NCBI GenBank assembly: GCA_030141605.1
Contig: JAQGDQ010000890.1
Location: 1 to 64,000, forward strand
DNA length: 64,000 nt
From: Tubiluchus corallicola
Lineage: Eukaryota; Animalia; Priapulida
Reading direction: 5' to 3'
Below, in pieces: positions 39,825 through 51,600 of this stretch. A program made the translations under genes and the position numbers. The notes under the pieces are model-generated. The model worked only from the letters and a program-made list of their open reading frames with translations. It searched no databases and was not told the origin of the DNA. How positions within the stretch are numbered: the first letter of the stretch is position 1; every line of letters begins with the position of its first letter.

Positions 39825-40626
39825 GCCGAAGGTCCGAGAATTTGCAATAGATCGTCATGAAACTTCACACAAATGTACCTGAAGACTGATGATTACAGCG
39901 ACAACATTGTTTTCGTAAAAAGCGCAAGACTCCACCGTCTCGCAACAGATTATCATGAAACTTTGCAAAAATATACAGGAATAAATTCTGCATCGACTAA
40001 CAGAGTCACATTTTGACCTGCTACTTTGAATTCAAGATGGCACTGGTAATAATATCATTTTGATGATTATCAGCATAATAACGCTAACTCGCTAAACATG
40101 GTAATGAAACTTTGCAGGAACTTACTGGAACGAATTTCACATAGATTGCGATTCGCTATTCAGATGCAAGATGGCGAAAATAACATTATTTTTGAAATAA
40201 GCCTAAGGCTACACCCAGATTGTCATAAAACTTAGACTGGAATATCCGCATCGACTTGAAACAGATTTTGATCAGCCATTTTGAGTTCAAGATGGCAGTA
40301 AAAACATTGATTCCGAATAACGTGTGAGGCAACTGTACTGTAATAGTAGCGCAAATTTCGCATTTTTAACGGAGTCAGTTTTTTTAGCCGCTATCTTGAA
40401 TTCAGTGAGCCCTCGACCCGTATTCCGAGTCGAACTTGTTGGTCGAGGCTCCACAAAATCGCTACTCATCTGGATGTTGTTGTTCTTACTTCAAAAAAAA
40501 AACTAAGCTGTGATAATAAATCAAAAAAATGTAGTATTTAGGCCTACCTGTGTCGTATGTGAAAACGTAAAGTGTCAGAAAAAGGAATGCTAGAAAGCAG
40601 CATGCTCTTACAGGAAGTGTCGTCAT
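25585..40626 (-). CDS. Toll-like receptor, multiple-cysteine-cluster (protostome/Toll-type), 11 coding exons, ~1128 aa
   Basis: Exons 40548-40626, 39219-39510, 36885-38742, 36414-36571, 35438-35549, 33451-33567, 33161-33251, 32256-32499, 31545-31695, 30609-30703, 25585-25774 splice in frame (3387 nt). Domains: signal peptide; LRRNT CPNECSC; many LxxLxLxxN repeats; internal cluster GNSLDCDC...DFLCPY..YC...CC..LDCPCRYVCPMGCKCWRDYAWSWRNLVRC; LRRCT NPWICDC; TM LVATFTVLGTVLVLIITCLVIAY; TIR boxes YDAFLAY, LCIHEREFVAG, SRRTIVLMT, WCKFEFQSAH, FWDKLIFSMP. Confidence 0.93.
27640..28202 (+). mobile_element. Degraded LINE 3' end (CR1/L2-like)
   Basis: Broken peptide HAHDHYT..NYFMP...SAIKLSLKIPDELKMFSLSKFKKSIK resembles the C-terminus at 1-360; hairpin ggaggaagag..cttcatcctcc (28081-28117); aataaa followed by a (ttcta)-like tail. 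Confidence 0.55.
28888..29451. repeat. 17-bp minisatellite with a 119-bp higher-order repeat
   Basis: Unit ttggcattcttggcggc, about 32 copies; the variant ggtattc recurs every 119 bp. Confidence 0.95.
30191..30233. repeat. (CT)n microsatellite
   Basis: Seen directly. Confidence 0.95.
30609..30703 (-). CDS. TLR coding exon 10 (TIR)
   Basis: VNRIIMVMIDNVSQDDMDENMKAYISTNTYL; donor gtaagt. Confidence 0.9.
31190..31505. repeat. ~32-bp minisatellite, about 10 copies, in a TIR-domain intron
   Basis: Unit tattcagtgcttattgttaacactagtattgt with a variable last third. Confidence 0.9.
31545..31695 (-). CDS. TLR coding exon 9 (TIR)
   Basis: EFVAGFIAENIAKAIQDSRRTIVLMTNDFVTSGWCKFEFQSAHHRAITDQ. Confidence 0.93.
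31938..32247. mobile_element. Degenerate hAT-type MITE related to 13225-13589
   Basis: tatgaccttttgggtgcctagg...gctgcagcctatactagcctata; no clear TSD. Confidence 0.5.
32256..32499 (-). CDS. TLR coding exon 8 (TM + TIR box 1)
   Basis: TVLVLIITCLVIAYHYKYEIQVYLF...YDAFLAYHNNDEQRVWDEFVPKLETEEGFALCIHER. Confidence 0.93.
33161..33251 (-). CDS. TLR coding exon 7 (LRRCT end / TM start)
   Basis: VLEFDYGAYCNRTGGEPYFPPKLVATFTVLG; supplies the last LRRCT Cys and the required phase 0 to phase 1 bridge. Confidence 0.82.
33451..33567 (-). CDS. TLR coding exon 6 (LRRCT)
   Basis: NPWICDCDYYEFYSWIKSNVENISDVSAITCSIENNIIP; donor gtaagt. Confidence 0.9.
34368..34730. mobile_element. TTAA-flanked MITE (Kolobok-like)
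   Basis: ttaa|aggaagaccggacgatt ... aatcatccggttttcct|ttaa. Confidence 0.8.
35027..35416 (+). mobile_element. Helitron/Helentron-like non-autonomous element, copy B (shorter)
   Basis: actagcaaaggccccgcaaaaaaatttgcgtataa...tatatatatat; shares about 320 bp with copy A. Confidence 0.6.
35438..35549 (-). CDS. TLR coding exon 5 (LRR)
   Basis: TFAGLPHLNILHLHNNMFSLPQHGLFSISADEFTLSQ; donor gtaag. Confidence 0.88.
36414..36571 (-). CDS. TLR coding exon 4 (LRRs)
   Basis: TIHPNSFRDLQNLQILRLDHNELSVLYDYEFKGLFALQSLHLQSNNLSSMGN; donor gtaagt. Confidence 0.9.
36885..38742 (-). CDS. TLR coding exon 3 (LRR solenoid + internal cysteine clusters)
   Basis: Core of the 668-aa ORF 36756..38762; tandem 24-aa LRRs; donor CAG|gtaat. 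Confidence 0.95.
38873..39138. mobile_element. hAT-type MITE
   Basis: TIR caggggtgtagc / gctacgccactg; TSD actctaat / attctaat. Confidence 0.75.
39219..39510 (-). CDS. TLR coding exon 2 (LRRNT + first LRR)
   Basis: DFECPNECSCWYVQG...FDHFTVLDELAIDGCKLQYIPASVFSGLNTLR. Confidence 0.88.
39617..40480 (+). mobile_element. Helentron-associated interspersed element (HINE/DINE-like) with internal microsatellite and core repeats
   Basis: Starts in a T-run with ggtcga; (GTT/GCT)n at 39686-39823; repeated atgaaactt...caagatggc cores; inverted cctcgacc near the 3' end plus a short palindrome; the head sequence is repeated at 40441-40480. Confidence 0.6.
40548..40626 (-). CDS. TLR coding exon 1 (signal peptide)
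   Basis: MTTLPVRACCFLAFLFLTLYVFTYDT; acceptor ttccag at 40633-40638, donor G|gtaggc phase 1 fits the next exon. Confidence 0.75.
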
Positions 40627-41670
40627 GACAACCTGGAACACAAGCTGCGGCGGACATGCAACCCTAAGACAGAATGACTTGTCTATTATATTATGGTCTG
40701 TGAGTTGTGAAGAAATGTGATGCACTCGTAAACCTGAGAATGTTTGAAATCTTAGCTAAAAGTAAAAAAACGCGAATCACTAAGGAAAACTTTCCATGTA
40801 AATATTTAATTACGTTTGTCATTGTCAGATCAACATAAAATAACATCAAAAACAGAAATTACAAACCTTTAACAATCAGTAAATGAAAAAATTTCCAAAA
40901 TAATGAAATTCGAAGTTGTACTAAGTTCCGTAATGATGTATCAACCAAAATTTGGTTTTTAATTAACTATCCTTTTTATAACAGTCCACAGTAGCATCAA
41001 AAACACAAAGTCAGTTATAACAACCATTGAACAGACTACCGTAGATATTTTGTTAGACAGCATTTACTTGCGTATAATGCTGTAGAATTATATAACTTTT
41101 GTAAGTTCAAATTTAAACTTATCTTCAAACAAACTAGAAATTTTGCCAATCTTGAGGGCAGAACAGTTTTGTAACATAACGTTAACTGAACAAAAATGGA
41201 AACAGAAAAAATGCAACCAAAGAAGGTTTGCAGCGATTTATATGGGAATTTTTTTACAGTAACTCTCTTGTAGAATCGGTAAACGGTAAACTATTTCTAC
41301 AATATCTTTTTAATTTTTTTTATCAGTTTAGTGAATTTACAGCAAAGATAAGGTGCTTAGCAATGTAATTTCACAAAGCAAATTAAACCTCTAAGTTTCA
41401 GACTGCTTCTTTGAAGTAAACCTCTAGGCCTCTACGTGTTCTTAAACAGAACACCGCTGTATTGCATTAATTTTCATCGTACAGAGAACTCTTTTGCGAA
41501 ACGAAAATTAGTGGTTCATGACGTTGTTATAATGCAACAGTGTTTGCTCAATACATCGTTTGACAGTTGATAAAGTGCATTATAAAATATTAAAATTTCA
41601 CTCAAATAAAGTAAATAATACTAAAATTATTTTTCGTTTTTTATCTTCCTAAAATGGTTTAGTTCTTTAC

Positions 41671-41777
41671 CTTGTAGTTTCTTGTCTGACTGTATTGCAC
41701 ACTCACAGCTAAGACGCAAGAAGTGTTGTCATTGAATGCACATGTTATCTCTCTCTATATATATTGATATGACGTCA
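41671..41777 (-). promoter_or_regulatory. Putative TLR core promoter and non-coding first exon
   Basis: On the minus strand: CRE palindrome TGACGTCA (41770-41777), TATATATAG (41755-41763), Inr-like TTCAAT about 30 nt downstream (~41733), then donor AAG|gtaaag at 41670. The next exon (acceptor at 40633) needs an upstream donor. Confidence 0.5.
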
Positions 41778-43739
41778 TACGTAATAAAGTCAGGCAGGTG
41801 GTAATTTTTGTCTTTCACAGGTCAGCTCACTTGTTTACAGGATGTAAATATTAAACTGTTGGCGTTGGACCTATCCCGCGCTCGTTGTGTGCAATTTCTT
41901 TAGCTCAAACACTGCCTAAATTCACATCACGACCAAACTAGATGGTCTGTAGTATATATACACAGCATTTTTAAAAGTACGTGGATATTGCATAATTATA
42001 GTAAATTATACTGCAGTTTGCTCAAACACGAGTTCAAGTTATTTAGAAGTAGAACACGAATGTTGCGGTCTCAAAATTTCCCGTGTTTACGATGTCATAA
42101 GCAGCGCAAATGGCACTATCTGGCGGCTACTATCTACCATCATATTACTTAATAGTAGATTACTTTACCACTCCTACAAAAAGCTGTGTTAAAGTATAAA
42201 AAGCTAATCTCATATCACGAAGTGTAGACAACAAAAAAGATATGAAATAAAATGAAATTATTTTTTCCAAAATGTTTATTATTATTATAAATAGCAGTAG
42301 TTGTAGTATAAGCTGCATGTGGTATTAATACCGTTCCTGTAATACTGCAACAAAAGTGTGGCATAAAACCAATGAATTTAGTTGTTTGAATGGTTTTAAT
42401 TATATAACAAAAAAAACAATAAGTAAAGACTCTTAAAGTCCAAAAAAATTTTTCTTTAAACAACCACGCTTTTGTATTTTGAAAAAATATTTTTGTATTT
42501 TGTATTTTGTTTTTTCGTCGTGGTTCTGAAATTGAAAAAATACCAAATTAATAAAAATACTATCCGCCAAACTGTTAAAACTTTGCCATTGAAAAGGAAA
42601 AAGAAATAATATTTAAATGTGGTACTAAAACAATTATGTAAGAAGCAGATCGTGTGATATGAATAATTAATAAAAGCCTGGAGGTTTTGGAGAGTTGAAT
42701 TAGGCAGTTACTGTGGTATTCATACAGTGTAGACGGTAAACATACAACAGTACTACAAAATCACCAAGGAAGCTTATCTCTCTTGCAGTTTATAACGTAA
42801 TGGGCATTTTTTAGTTTAAGTCTCAAATTAAATAAGCCAATGCGACAGAGAAAGTTCTGTTCAGGATTCATACAAAAGAAAGATATCTTCTTACCTTAGT
42901 ACTTAGGTCCTAATACAGTTTTAATACAGCTTTGTTTTTTCTTATGAAATGACTAGACCCAGTGACTATATATTTACTTCTAGTTACCACTGTGTTTGCC
43001 CAACTGTTTAGGACTTTATTAATTAATTATATTACGTATTTCATTTTTTTACATAATTTTTTTGGCAAAAAATTTACGTATTTTTTCTTTTTTTGTTTTC
43101 AGTAGCAGTTTGGTTGTACATCAGTATTTTTAGCCATTTCTTTCTTTGTCAATTTCAAAACACTGAAGGATTTTTAGAATCCGAAAACTTGGTTGGTTAG
43201 AGAATACAAACTGCTTTGTTGTTTTCTATTATTAAAAGGCTGGAGCCATTGGCTATTGATATACTTTAGCTTTTAATTATAGACGTCTAAATAGCAAAGT
43301 TTATAAACCACAAAGAAAACTACACGTTTATAACTTCATAGTTATGTATACATAAATTTATTTTCTCTTTGATACAATATATAGAATCACTTGTAAGTAG
43401 GTTTTTCGCTCGCTCTATGTTAATAATAAGGGGCTGAATTGGTTACAAAAAGCCGAAATTTATAAAAACTGCAAACTGCAAAAGAAAACTAGATTGTAAT
43501 ATTGCAGTGTTATGCTTCATAAATGGTATCTCTTTAGTATCTTTGTTACTAGTACCTTCATATTATACTTTTCAGCATTTCAGCATTTTTAAGTAGCAAC
43601 AGTGTTAGCATAGCATTATAAATTATAAAAGTCATTTTATAACAGCTGATAAATATAGCTATATATATAATATATAATGTGAAATATAGTGATGAACAAA
43701 AAACAATGCACGTTTTTGTCAACAAGTATATATTTCAAG

Positions 43740-43830
43740 GCTCGTCGTATCTAGTAACTAAAATTTAGTAACGCTGCGCCAAGTCAGTAACTGGATGGGT
43801 GATCATATTCGCTCTGGGCGGTTTCGTTGA
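43740..43830 (+). mobile_element. 5S rRNA-like remnant (SINE3-like)
   Basis: aatttagtaacgctgcgccaagtcagtaactggatgggtgatc resembles the 5S internal control region; a weaker relative lies at ~14190-14245. Confidence 0.4.
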
Positions 43831-45322
43831 CCATAATGATGGGTTTAGGTCCGTTTCACGAAAAGGTTTTTTAACAGAAAAATCGCGGTTACCTTTTAAG
43901 TTGCAAGACCTGCTAAATTTTAGTCGGATAAAGCCTTCGATTTCTTTTTTCTGTTTGCTTCTCCCTCTCTACCCCTTTCTCCTTTATCCCCTCTCATTCT
44001 TTCCTTCTCTTCCTCGCTGTTCTCCTCTCTTTCTTTCTTTCTTGATTTCTCTCTCTCTCACTCTTTCTCAATACCCTCTCCCTCTCTCTTTTTGCTTCTA
44101 ATTATATACAGAGCTTTTTTAACTAAAGCCTATTGAGAATCATTGAAAATGACGCAACGTATCGGGTACAGCAGACGGTCAGAAATTTGTCGTATATTTA
44201 ACGCGCTTAACTCATGTTAATATTTTCCCCTGCGCATTGCAATTCTAGCGTTAAACTAGAATCAATTTGCATCGCCATTTGCCATATAATCACATCGATC
44301 AGATGAATGCATATCCTCCCTAAATCAGTGAAATAATTCAGCATAGCAGTGAAAGGAACTGTCCAAAGTAAGATTCCTAAGCAGTCACCCAACTAATCAG
44401 TCGCCAGGCTCGACATTGCTTCAGTTCGGTAGCCAATCACATGCCGTGATTACTCACCATTGCGTATATGCAAAGATCAACATGATTTGCTATATAAACG
44501 TTCTGACGTTACAAATCTACTTTCTTGCCTTAACGAGTTGACCAAATTTTTCATCATATAATCGGCATTAGTCAATTTGCATCATCTAACTGCGCTTTAA
44601 AAAGGATTTATTACATTTTCTGTGAAATTTATTTTCTGGGAAATGACGGTCTTGGGAAAAAATTCTGGGAAATGGCTATTCTGGGAAGTAAATTTTTCTG
44701 GCAAAAAACTTTTCCTGGAAAACGAGTCACCTCATAATGATTCTGACAATTTCTTTGCTAAGGAGGGGGCGTGTTTATTTCTAAAAGTGGACCGCTGCAG
44801 ATTCGGTGTGTAAAGCTACGTTCTTGTACTGCCACAACCGACCATATTAAGTAAGCCCCGGTGAGTGTAGGTTCAGGTTGTGGCGTGTCAGTTTGTATAA
44901 AAAGTAACATAAACTGGTTAATTTAACGAAACACATGTCGAAAATCAAAATTACAAATACACGATATTTTTGGGAAATTTTGAGCAACTTCGACTAAAAA
45001 AATTAAATATAATAACACATACAATGCTGTTTACTTTATATATATAACACATTTTTAAACATATAAAAATATACAATGATTGTAGTTAATGGTGCCTGGT
45101 TCGCTAAATATAATATACTCACATATACACTGGGAACACTTGAAATATACAAACACAATCGGCTCACGGTTAACATGCGTTTCTAGTTAAGCAGGACTTG
45201 TTTGTTTAATCATTTATTTCCTAAATTGAAATATTAAAAATGTAACACATCTATAAAGATAACTGCATAAATATAATGAGTAAATTGTGGTATGCATATT
45301 ATTAACAAGATTCCAGTTTATA

Positions 45323-45887
45323 TAAGGCGGTGTCAAGAAATGATTGAATACATTGTACAGCAGAAATCGAAAAGAATAGATAAAAAACTGACAAAACCAC
45401 GAAAGGGCGATTAATTTTAATAAAACAAAGGAGTTGTTTTTTAATAAAATAATCGGCCATTAAATATCTGTTTATTAGAAAATTATAGCGTAGTTCTTTT
45501 ATTACAGCGTCCGCGAATCAATCTTTGTTTTATCAATATTTTCGATAATGGATGCCAAACATATTAAAATCTTGAAGCATTTAATTTTGAGTAAAGAATG
45601 GTCATCTTAACATCTGGCACTGCCGTTATTCGCTCTTCTGAGGACAAAATGGACATTGGACAGGGATACAGCTCATGTTGGTTTCTCAAAGGAAATCACG
45701 TCATTGCTCATTTCTTTAATAAGAACTTTGTTGAAAGTTCATTTCTGACAACAACAAGCGTAAGGAATTTAAAAACCACGTTAAATGAGAAGCAGTATAA
45801 TGATTAAAATATCAAAAAATACATTTACATCTATTTTTGATAGCTTTTTATTTTAGAGGTGCCATCATTTCCTGACACTCTGTCAGT
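45323..45887. mobile_element. Tc1/mariner-like MITE
   Basis: Inverted ends ggtgtcaagaaatgat / atcatttcctgacact in a TA context. Confidence 0.55.
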
Positions 45888-47422
45888 ATAATAAGGGTTC
45901 ACAGCACGAATATAAGATTTATAGGCGTTGTCATTGTATCACTTATTAGTACGCAGTTTAATTGAGTCCTACATTTATTTTCAAACTATAATTGGCTATG
46001 CTATAGTAAAAGTATGCTATACCATTTTTAGATAGCGGTATGCTTCTGCTAGCGTAGTAAATCTAATATGACAAATAATAATGATAATAATTTTCAACGT
46101 GCAGTGATGATAGTGCAATGCACATCGAACAATATATACATGATGATAAATCTATGTTGGACTGTACAAACTGAACTTGCAGTGAATTTAGTATTCGTAT
46201 GACTTCACATATTGATAACAATAAGGTTTGGCCAGCAGAATTTACTAGTAACTAAACTTTTATATCTTTCTTCTGAATTTCGCCACCTTTACACACAGTT
46301 ATGCATTACCAATTAAACTTTCAATATTTCATGTTGTATAAATGTAATGTTAACAAGAGCAAAAGTCAATCAGTGACGTCAGAAATATCATTACGTACAA
46401 GCATAATGAGCCAGTGAATAAAACCAGCTGAACAGTCAAACATTTCTTACATTAATATAAAAAACATTAATCGTGAAATATAGACATGTAAAACATATAA
46501 ACATGATTTTTCGAAATATGTTTAAAACTGAATATACGACCATTATGTATTAATTTTTATGTATGAATATAAATTTATATTGAACCTACACGACTGTAAA
46601 TGACTAATAAAGCTTAATGTAATAGTATTGAGCCGACTCGGCTTACACATGCAGTCAAACGCTGCTCGTTGATAACAACCTTTTCTTACAAAATAACAAA
46701 ATAAGACGCCACTAGCAGCTGTCATGTGAATCTGACGTAAAACAGAATTCATGAGATTGGAGAAAACGTCTTGATCCTTGGACAAAATCACTGACATTTG
46801 TTGATTTCCTAGTGTATAAAGGTGGGAGACAAAATCATCGTCATAAAAACCGCATCACACGAGAAGAAGAATATTAAGAAAAATATGACAAATATTTGTG
46901 TATGAGATGGTAAATATTGTGGGATATTCGGTGTGCTAAACGAATGAAAGTCCGAAACCAACGGAAAAATAGCCAACATACCAGCTAGAGGATCGATGAA
47001 AAGTCGGCTTTACTAGCCTTTAAGGAGCAATGGAGAGGGCAAGCGCAGCTCAAAACAGCTGCAGCAAGATTTACACGCAAAAAAATTATCAAACATTTGT
47101 TATAATTAATATTTCCCAGTTAGGACAGGTACAAAATTACTGCAAGTATGCAAGAAAGCGTTGAAGGTTAATTTTTTGAGGTATTTTTGAACAAAACTGT
47201 AAACAGTAGGCAGGCGAGCAAGCTGAAAGAATCGCCTGAAGGAAAAGATTTCTGAAACAGTCAATAAGACAAAAGAAAGTCTTAAGAGGAAGTGTTTTTG
47301 ACAGTAACGAGCCAATGCGAATATTCTGGTTCGCTGAAGTGTAAAGCACAAAGAAATTTTGAATTTAAGCTGAGGAAGTGATCTACAGGCAAGACATTTT
47401 AAAACAGCTTGCGTCATATCAA

Positions 47423-47633
47423 CTGGGGCGTATTAACCAATAGGTTAACTATAGCCTAGGGCGCAGAAGTTTGAGGGACACCACATTTTAGAAAAAATTC
47501 TTATGTCTGTGCATACTTTCATATTCATATTTTGTAACACACCACAGACACTTATTAAGTAGCTTTTCGCATTAGAGAGGCGCGGGGACAGAACTATCAG
47601 CCTAGGGCGTCGTAAAGCCTGGATACGCCCCTG
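47423..47633. mobile_element. Short hAT-type MITE
   Basis: TIR ctggggcgtat / atacgcccctg; near-TSD catatcaa / catataag. Confidence 0.65.
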
Positions 47634-48587
47634 CATATAAGATAAGCTTGGGCAGCAGAACGTGAATATTTTTATTGTTACAGAGACGAAAATAAGTAAG
47701 ATGCGGTATATCCAGTTGGTATTAACGTTCAAGAAGATTTGCATCATCTAATGACTTACTCATAGAAATAAAGAATTGTTAGCTAATTAAAATGAGCAAT
47801 ATTAGATTTACAATGTCATAACTTTATATATTAGGTTTGTTGATATTTGTGCAGGCCTAAGTATTGTACATGGCAATTACACAGTTAAACAAATTAGTTT
47901 TTGCATTTAAACATTTAATTGTTGGCCGATGATGGTGATTCACTGGGTAACTGCATTAACGTGAGCAGAAATTCAGTAGAACCATTTTGCAAACGAATTT
48001 CCCGTATTCCGTCTCAGCTCAGATATTTTCCGGATATTAGTTGCCTTTAGAAGTAGCAATTTCGTAATACTCGTTTCTTTTTGCTTTGTTGCGAAGTCTG
48101 GCACAGCCAAATCTCCCAGTTAAAGTACCATTTGTAAGCATGAACTCCTATTTGAACCTGTAGTGAAAAACAGCAGCATGTCAGGACACGTTAGTAATAA
48201 TATGCTGAACTTTAATTTTAAGTTTAATTAAATTAAAGTTTAACTTTAATTGTAAGTATTACTCGTACGGCAGGAGACCTGACTCTGTCCATCACGCACG
48301 CATGCGCATTAGTTTAGTCAGTTAAATGGTGATTTGTTTTTCAAAGGCCTTTGAAAACTCAGAATATTTCTTCCCAGAATGCCGTCATTATTATCAAGCC
48401 AGCGCTGTTATGTTCAGTCAATTACACAATATATTATTGTCATTAAATATCAATATTTTGCAATATTGTAATAGTGAACTGTTGTCATTGTATCTTTGTG
48501 GAAGTGATGGTTTTCACGTTGATGTTAAAATTTTTGATTGCATTCAAAGTTACGTTAGAAGCACTAAACATTTTAACGTGTTCAGAC

Positions 48588-48685
48588 TTTAAAGGACAAG
48601 AAAAGGGGTACCTGAAGTGGTTTCAGTAAAATCACCTTAAAACTGTATTACTTTACAGCAATTGTGTGCGTATATCGTACTCGCG
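48588..48685 (+). repeat. Dispersed ~100-bp repeat (TTAA-AGG transposon end), second copy at ~50822-50922
   Basis: ttaaaggacaagaaaaggggtacctgaagt...gcgtatatcgtact present twice. Confidence 0.75.
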
Positions 48686-51600
48686 TAAATAAATATATGT
48701 ATAAGTAAATAAATACTCGGAGATCGATGAGGTTAAAAGGGATGACGACTGTTCTTATCTTAATTTTGTTCTTGCTCAAGTCATGAATACTCAGGTACAG
48801 CTATTAGCGAATGCGCACTCGATAATTATTGATATTACAGTAATTAATAGACTCTACATGGACTTGCAATATGCAAGGTGCAAGCAAACGAGTAGCATTA
48901 TTGACCAAACCAAGCGGCACAAGCATCAAATGTATATCCTCGTTGCAGGTTTAACATAAAGATTAGGCTCAATCCGTGTTAGACTAGCATATCATAGAAA
49001 AGAGACAATTTTATTAGAGATCAATGTTACTCCACCAGGAAACCGGAAACTGTAAACATAGAAGCGAGCAAATGCCGTCGTCTCATTCAATTAGAACACT
49101 CAGCCTCACTCGAGAGAGGCCAGAGATTTGCACTAATTAACATGGTATTGTTGAAGTAGACTGTTAATAAGTGCCAGGCAAGAACGTATGATTGATTTGT
49201 AGACTTATTAGGGAAAACATCGACCAAGGTCAGTCAACATCTGCAAAATATCTGCAAAAGCCTAAATCTATGATTTCTGTTACTAAATAATAAAGTGGTT
49301 GTCTAAAAGCCAGTAATAGTTACATTAGTTTGGACAGATCGACTACTTGCATTAGCAATTAACACATCATAATATAATGTACACTCACAGATATAATATA
49401 ACCTAGATTTTGTTCTGGAAATTCTATAGTAGAGTAGTCAAGTAATTGAGTAATTTTACCAAAAAAAATCAGATGTTATTAAAAGAGATCACGAAAAAAA
49501 TCATAAATTCCTTCTCACAGATCAAAAACATGAAAAAGATGCACATGAATCAAAGATGGCTGCTGAGCACAAAACGATTTTGGCGTTAATATTTTTTATA
49601 CAACTCAGTCTCCTGCAAGTCAGTCAACGGTAGGTCCATCTGAAACAGATTGGTCGTGGCAACACTTGGTCCATTACCAAAACTATTGCCTCTATGTCCT
49701 AGAATGAGCCACTATACCAGCAGAGATATCTCGGCCAAATTTGGACGCCCTTATGTCTTCACTCTGCGAGGTAAATAGTCATAATCAGCACGGCGCATAA
49801 AATCGTTTAGAACGCGGTTCGGTACCATTCTTAACTTTGCTCGTCAAGACGACACCGAGACCGCTGCGTCTTAGCATATCAGAATTATCATCAGAAATAT
49901 GATTAGTAAGATATTTATGCCATTTGAGATGGATTAATTTCCTATATAGCTACACAATCCACAGCCATATTCCATTATTTAAAAAAATTTTTAAAAATGG
50001 AATACTATTAATTGTCAATTTCTATTTATTTGTAATGGCATAATTATTATTATAGTCAAAATATAAATAAACGCTCTCTCTCGCATGACTTGTTGAATGA
50101 AGATTGTAGCCCGACAGACCTTTTAAAAAAGCTAGTCCTTCAATGGCTTTTCGTTCTTCTCCTTTGTGTAAATAAAATAATTAGCCTACGTAATAATATC
50201 AACTTGCTAATAACAAACTAGAAAATTAAAAAAGCAAAGCAATGATAACGGTCATTTATCAAAAAACACGTACGACGATCAATTGTCAGGGGAATGCCTT
50301 TCTCAAGCATCACAATGAACGTATGAGTAATAGACACACAAAAACCATTGCAATTTGAAAGTTAATCCTCTGCATGTTGATACATTTGAAAACGCGACCT
50401 TGAAACGCATCTTAAAAACCGTCGCGCATCAAAGCTTTTCTCTGTTTATCTTTATTTCGCTTGTAATAAAACTGATTTCTGACGGCGGAAGGAAGCACAC
50501 CAACTACATCAAATTATATCCTTCATTTTGATTTTGAAAAATTGCGACTCTAAATCTCATCACTGTAGTTTGCGCGACCAATTTCAACTAGCGAATTAGA
50601 CGTAATCAGGCAACTATAAGTTAGTAAATCACTCGGGATGTCGGATTATAATAATAAATAGCGTTACTTAAAAGACAGTTTTTCCAAATTGGGTATCTTA
50701 AAGAAAACTGGAAACAACTTGATACAACAAAAGTAAACAGTTTCTTTCACTCGGCAAGTATCTTCATGCTAGCATCTAGTATCTTCATGTAATTTAATCT
50801 ACGTATCTTTACCACGAGAGACTTAAAGGACAAGAAAAGGGGTACCTGAAGTAGGTTTCAGAAAAATGGTCTAAAAAAATTATATTACTTCATAGCAATT
50901 TTATGCGTATATCGTACTTGCACTGAAAGGAATTTTTGTTCGTTTTCATCTTAAATCTCCGGCAATACTGTTCCGACGGCGCCATTACATGACGTCATAT
51001 ACGCACAACGTAAATCAGGGAAGAAAAGTAAGTACTGAACTATTTTCTATGCAAGTTATATAACCTAGCATTTCGCTTACCTGATTGAAAGACTTGTGTA
51101 ACTAGAATAGAAAATTACTAACTATTTAAAATGGTTTCACCAATTGGTAATATGTCGTTGACTTACCTCCAGAGTGCCCCATTCACTAACCAAAAAACCT
51201 ATTTTTAGTCTTATTCACAAGATACAGTAACTTAAAATTTTATTTTGTTAGTGACGTGTGCTCTACGAATGCTGCGATTTACTCAATGTTATTTAAACTT
51301 GTTTCAAATTACTCGTCAAAATGGCTGCGTCTAACGGTCATCGCGGGAGTTTAAATTTAAATGTTTTATACAGCATTACTGCTAACTCAAATTTTGTACG
51401 CAATAAGACAGCAGGTAACTTGAGGTAAGTGGTATAAAATTTCAAGACGAATTTTTTAAACTTTGCGTAAGTGGAGTTTTTTTTTGTGTTTTAAGTTACT
51501 AGGCTTAGAATTCCTAGAAGGAAGACGTGTGAAAAACGACGTGATTATGTGTTATAATATCATACCCAAAGATGTGGATTTAGACTTTGACATGTTTTTT

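Noticed and set aside
39511-39868. Poly-Q/N/L/C ORFs
   Set aside because: Microsatellite inside a HINE-like element in a TLR intron.
43740-43830. Possible 5S rRNA gene
   Set aside because: Only a diverged internal control region is recognisable, not a full 120-nt gene.
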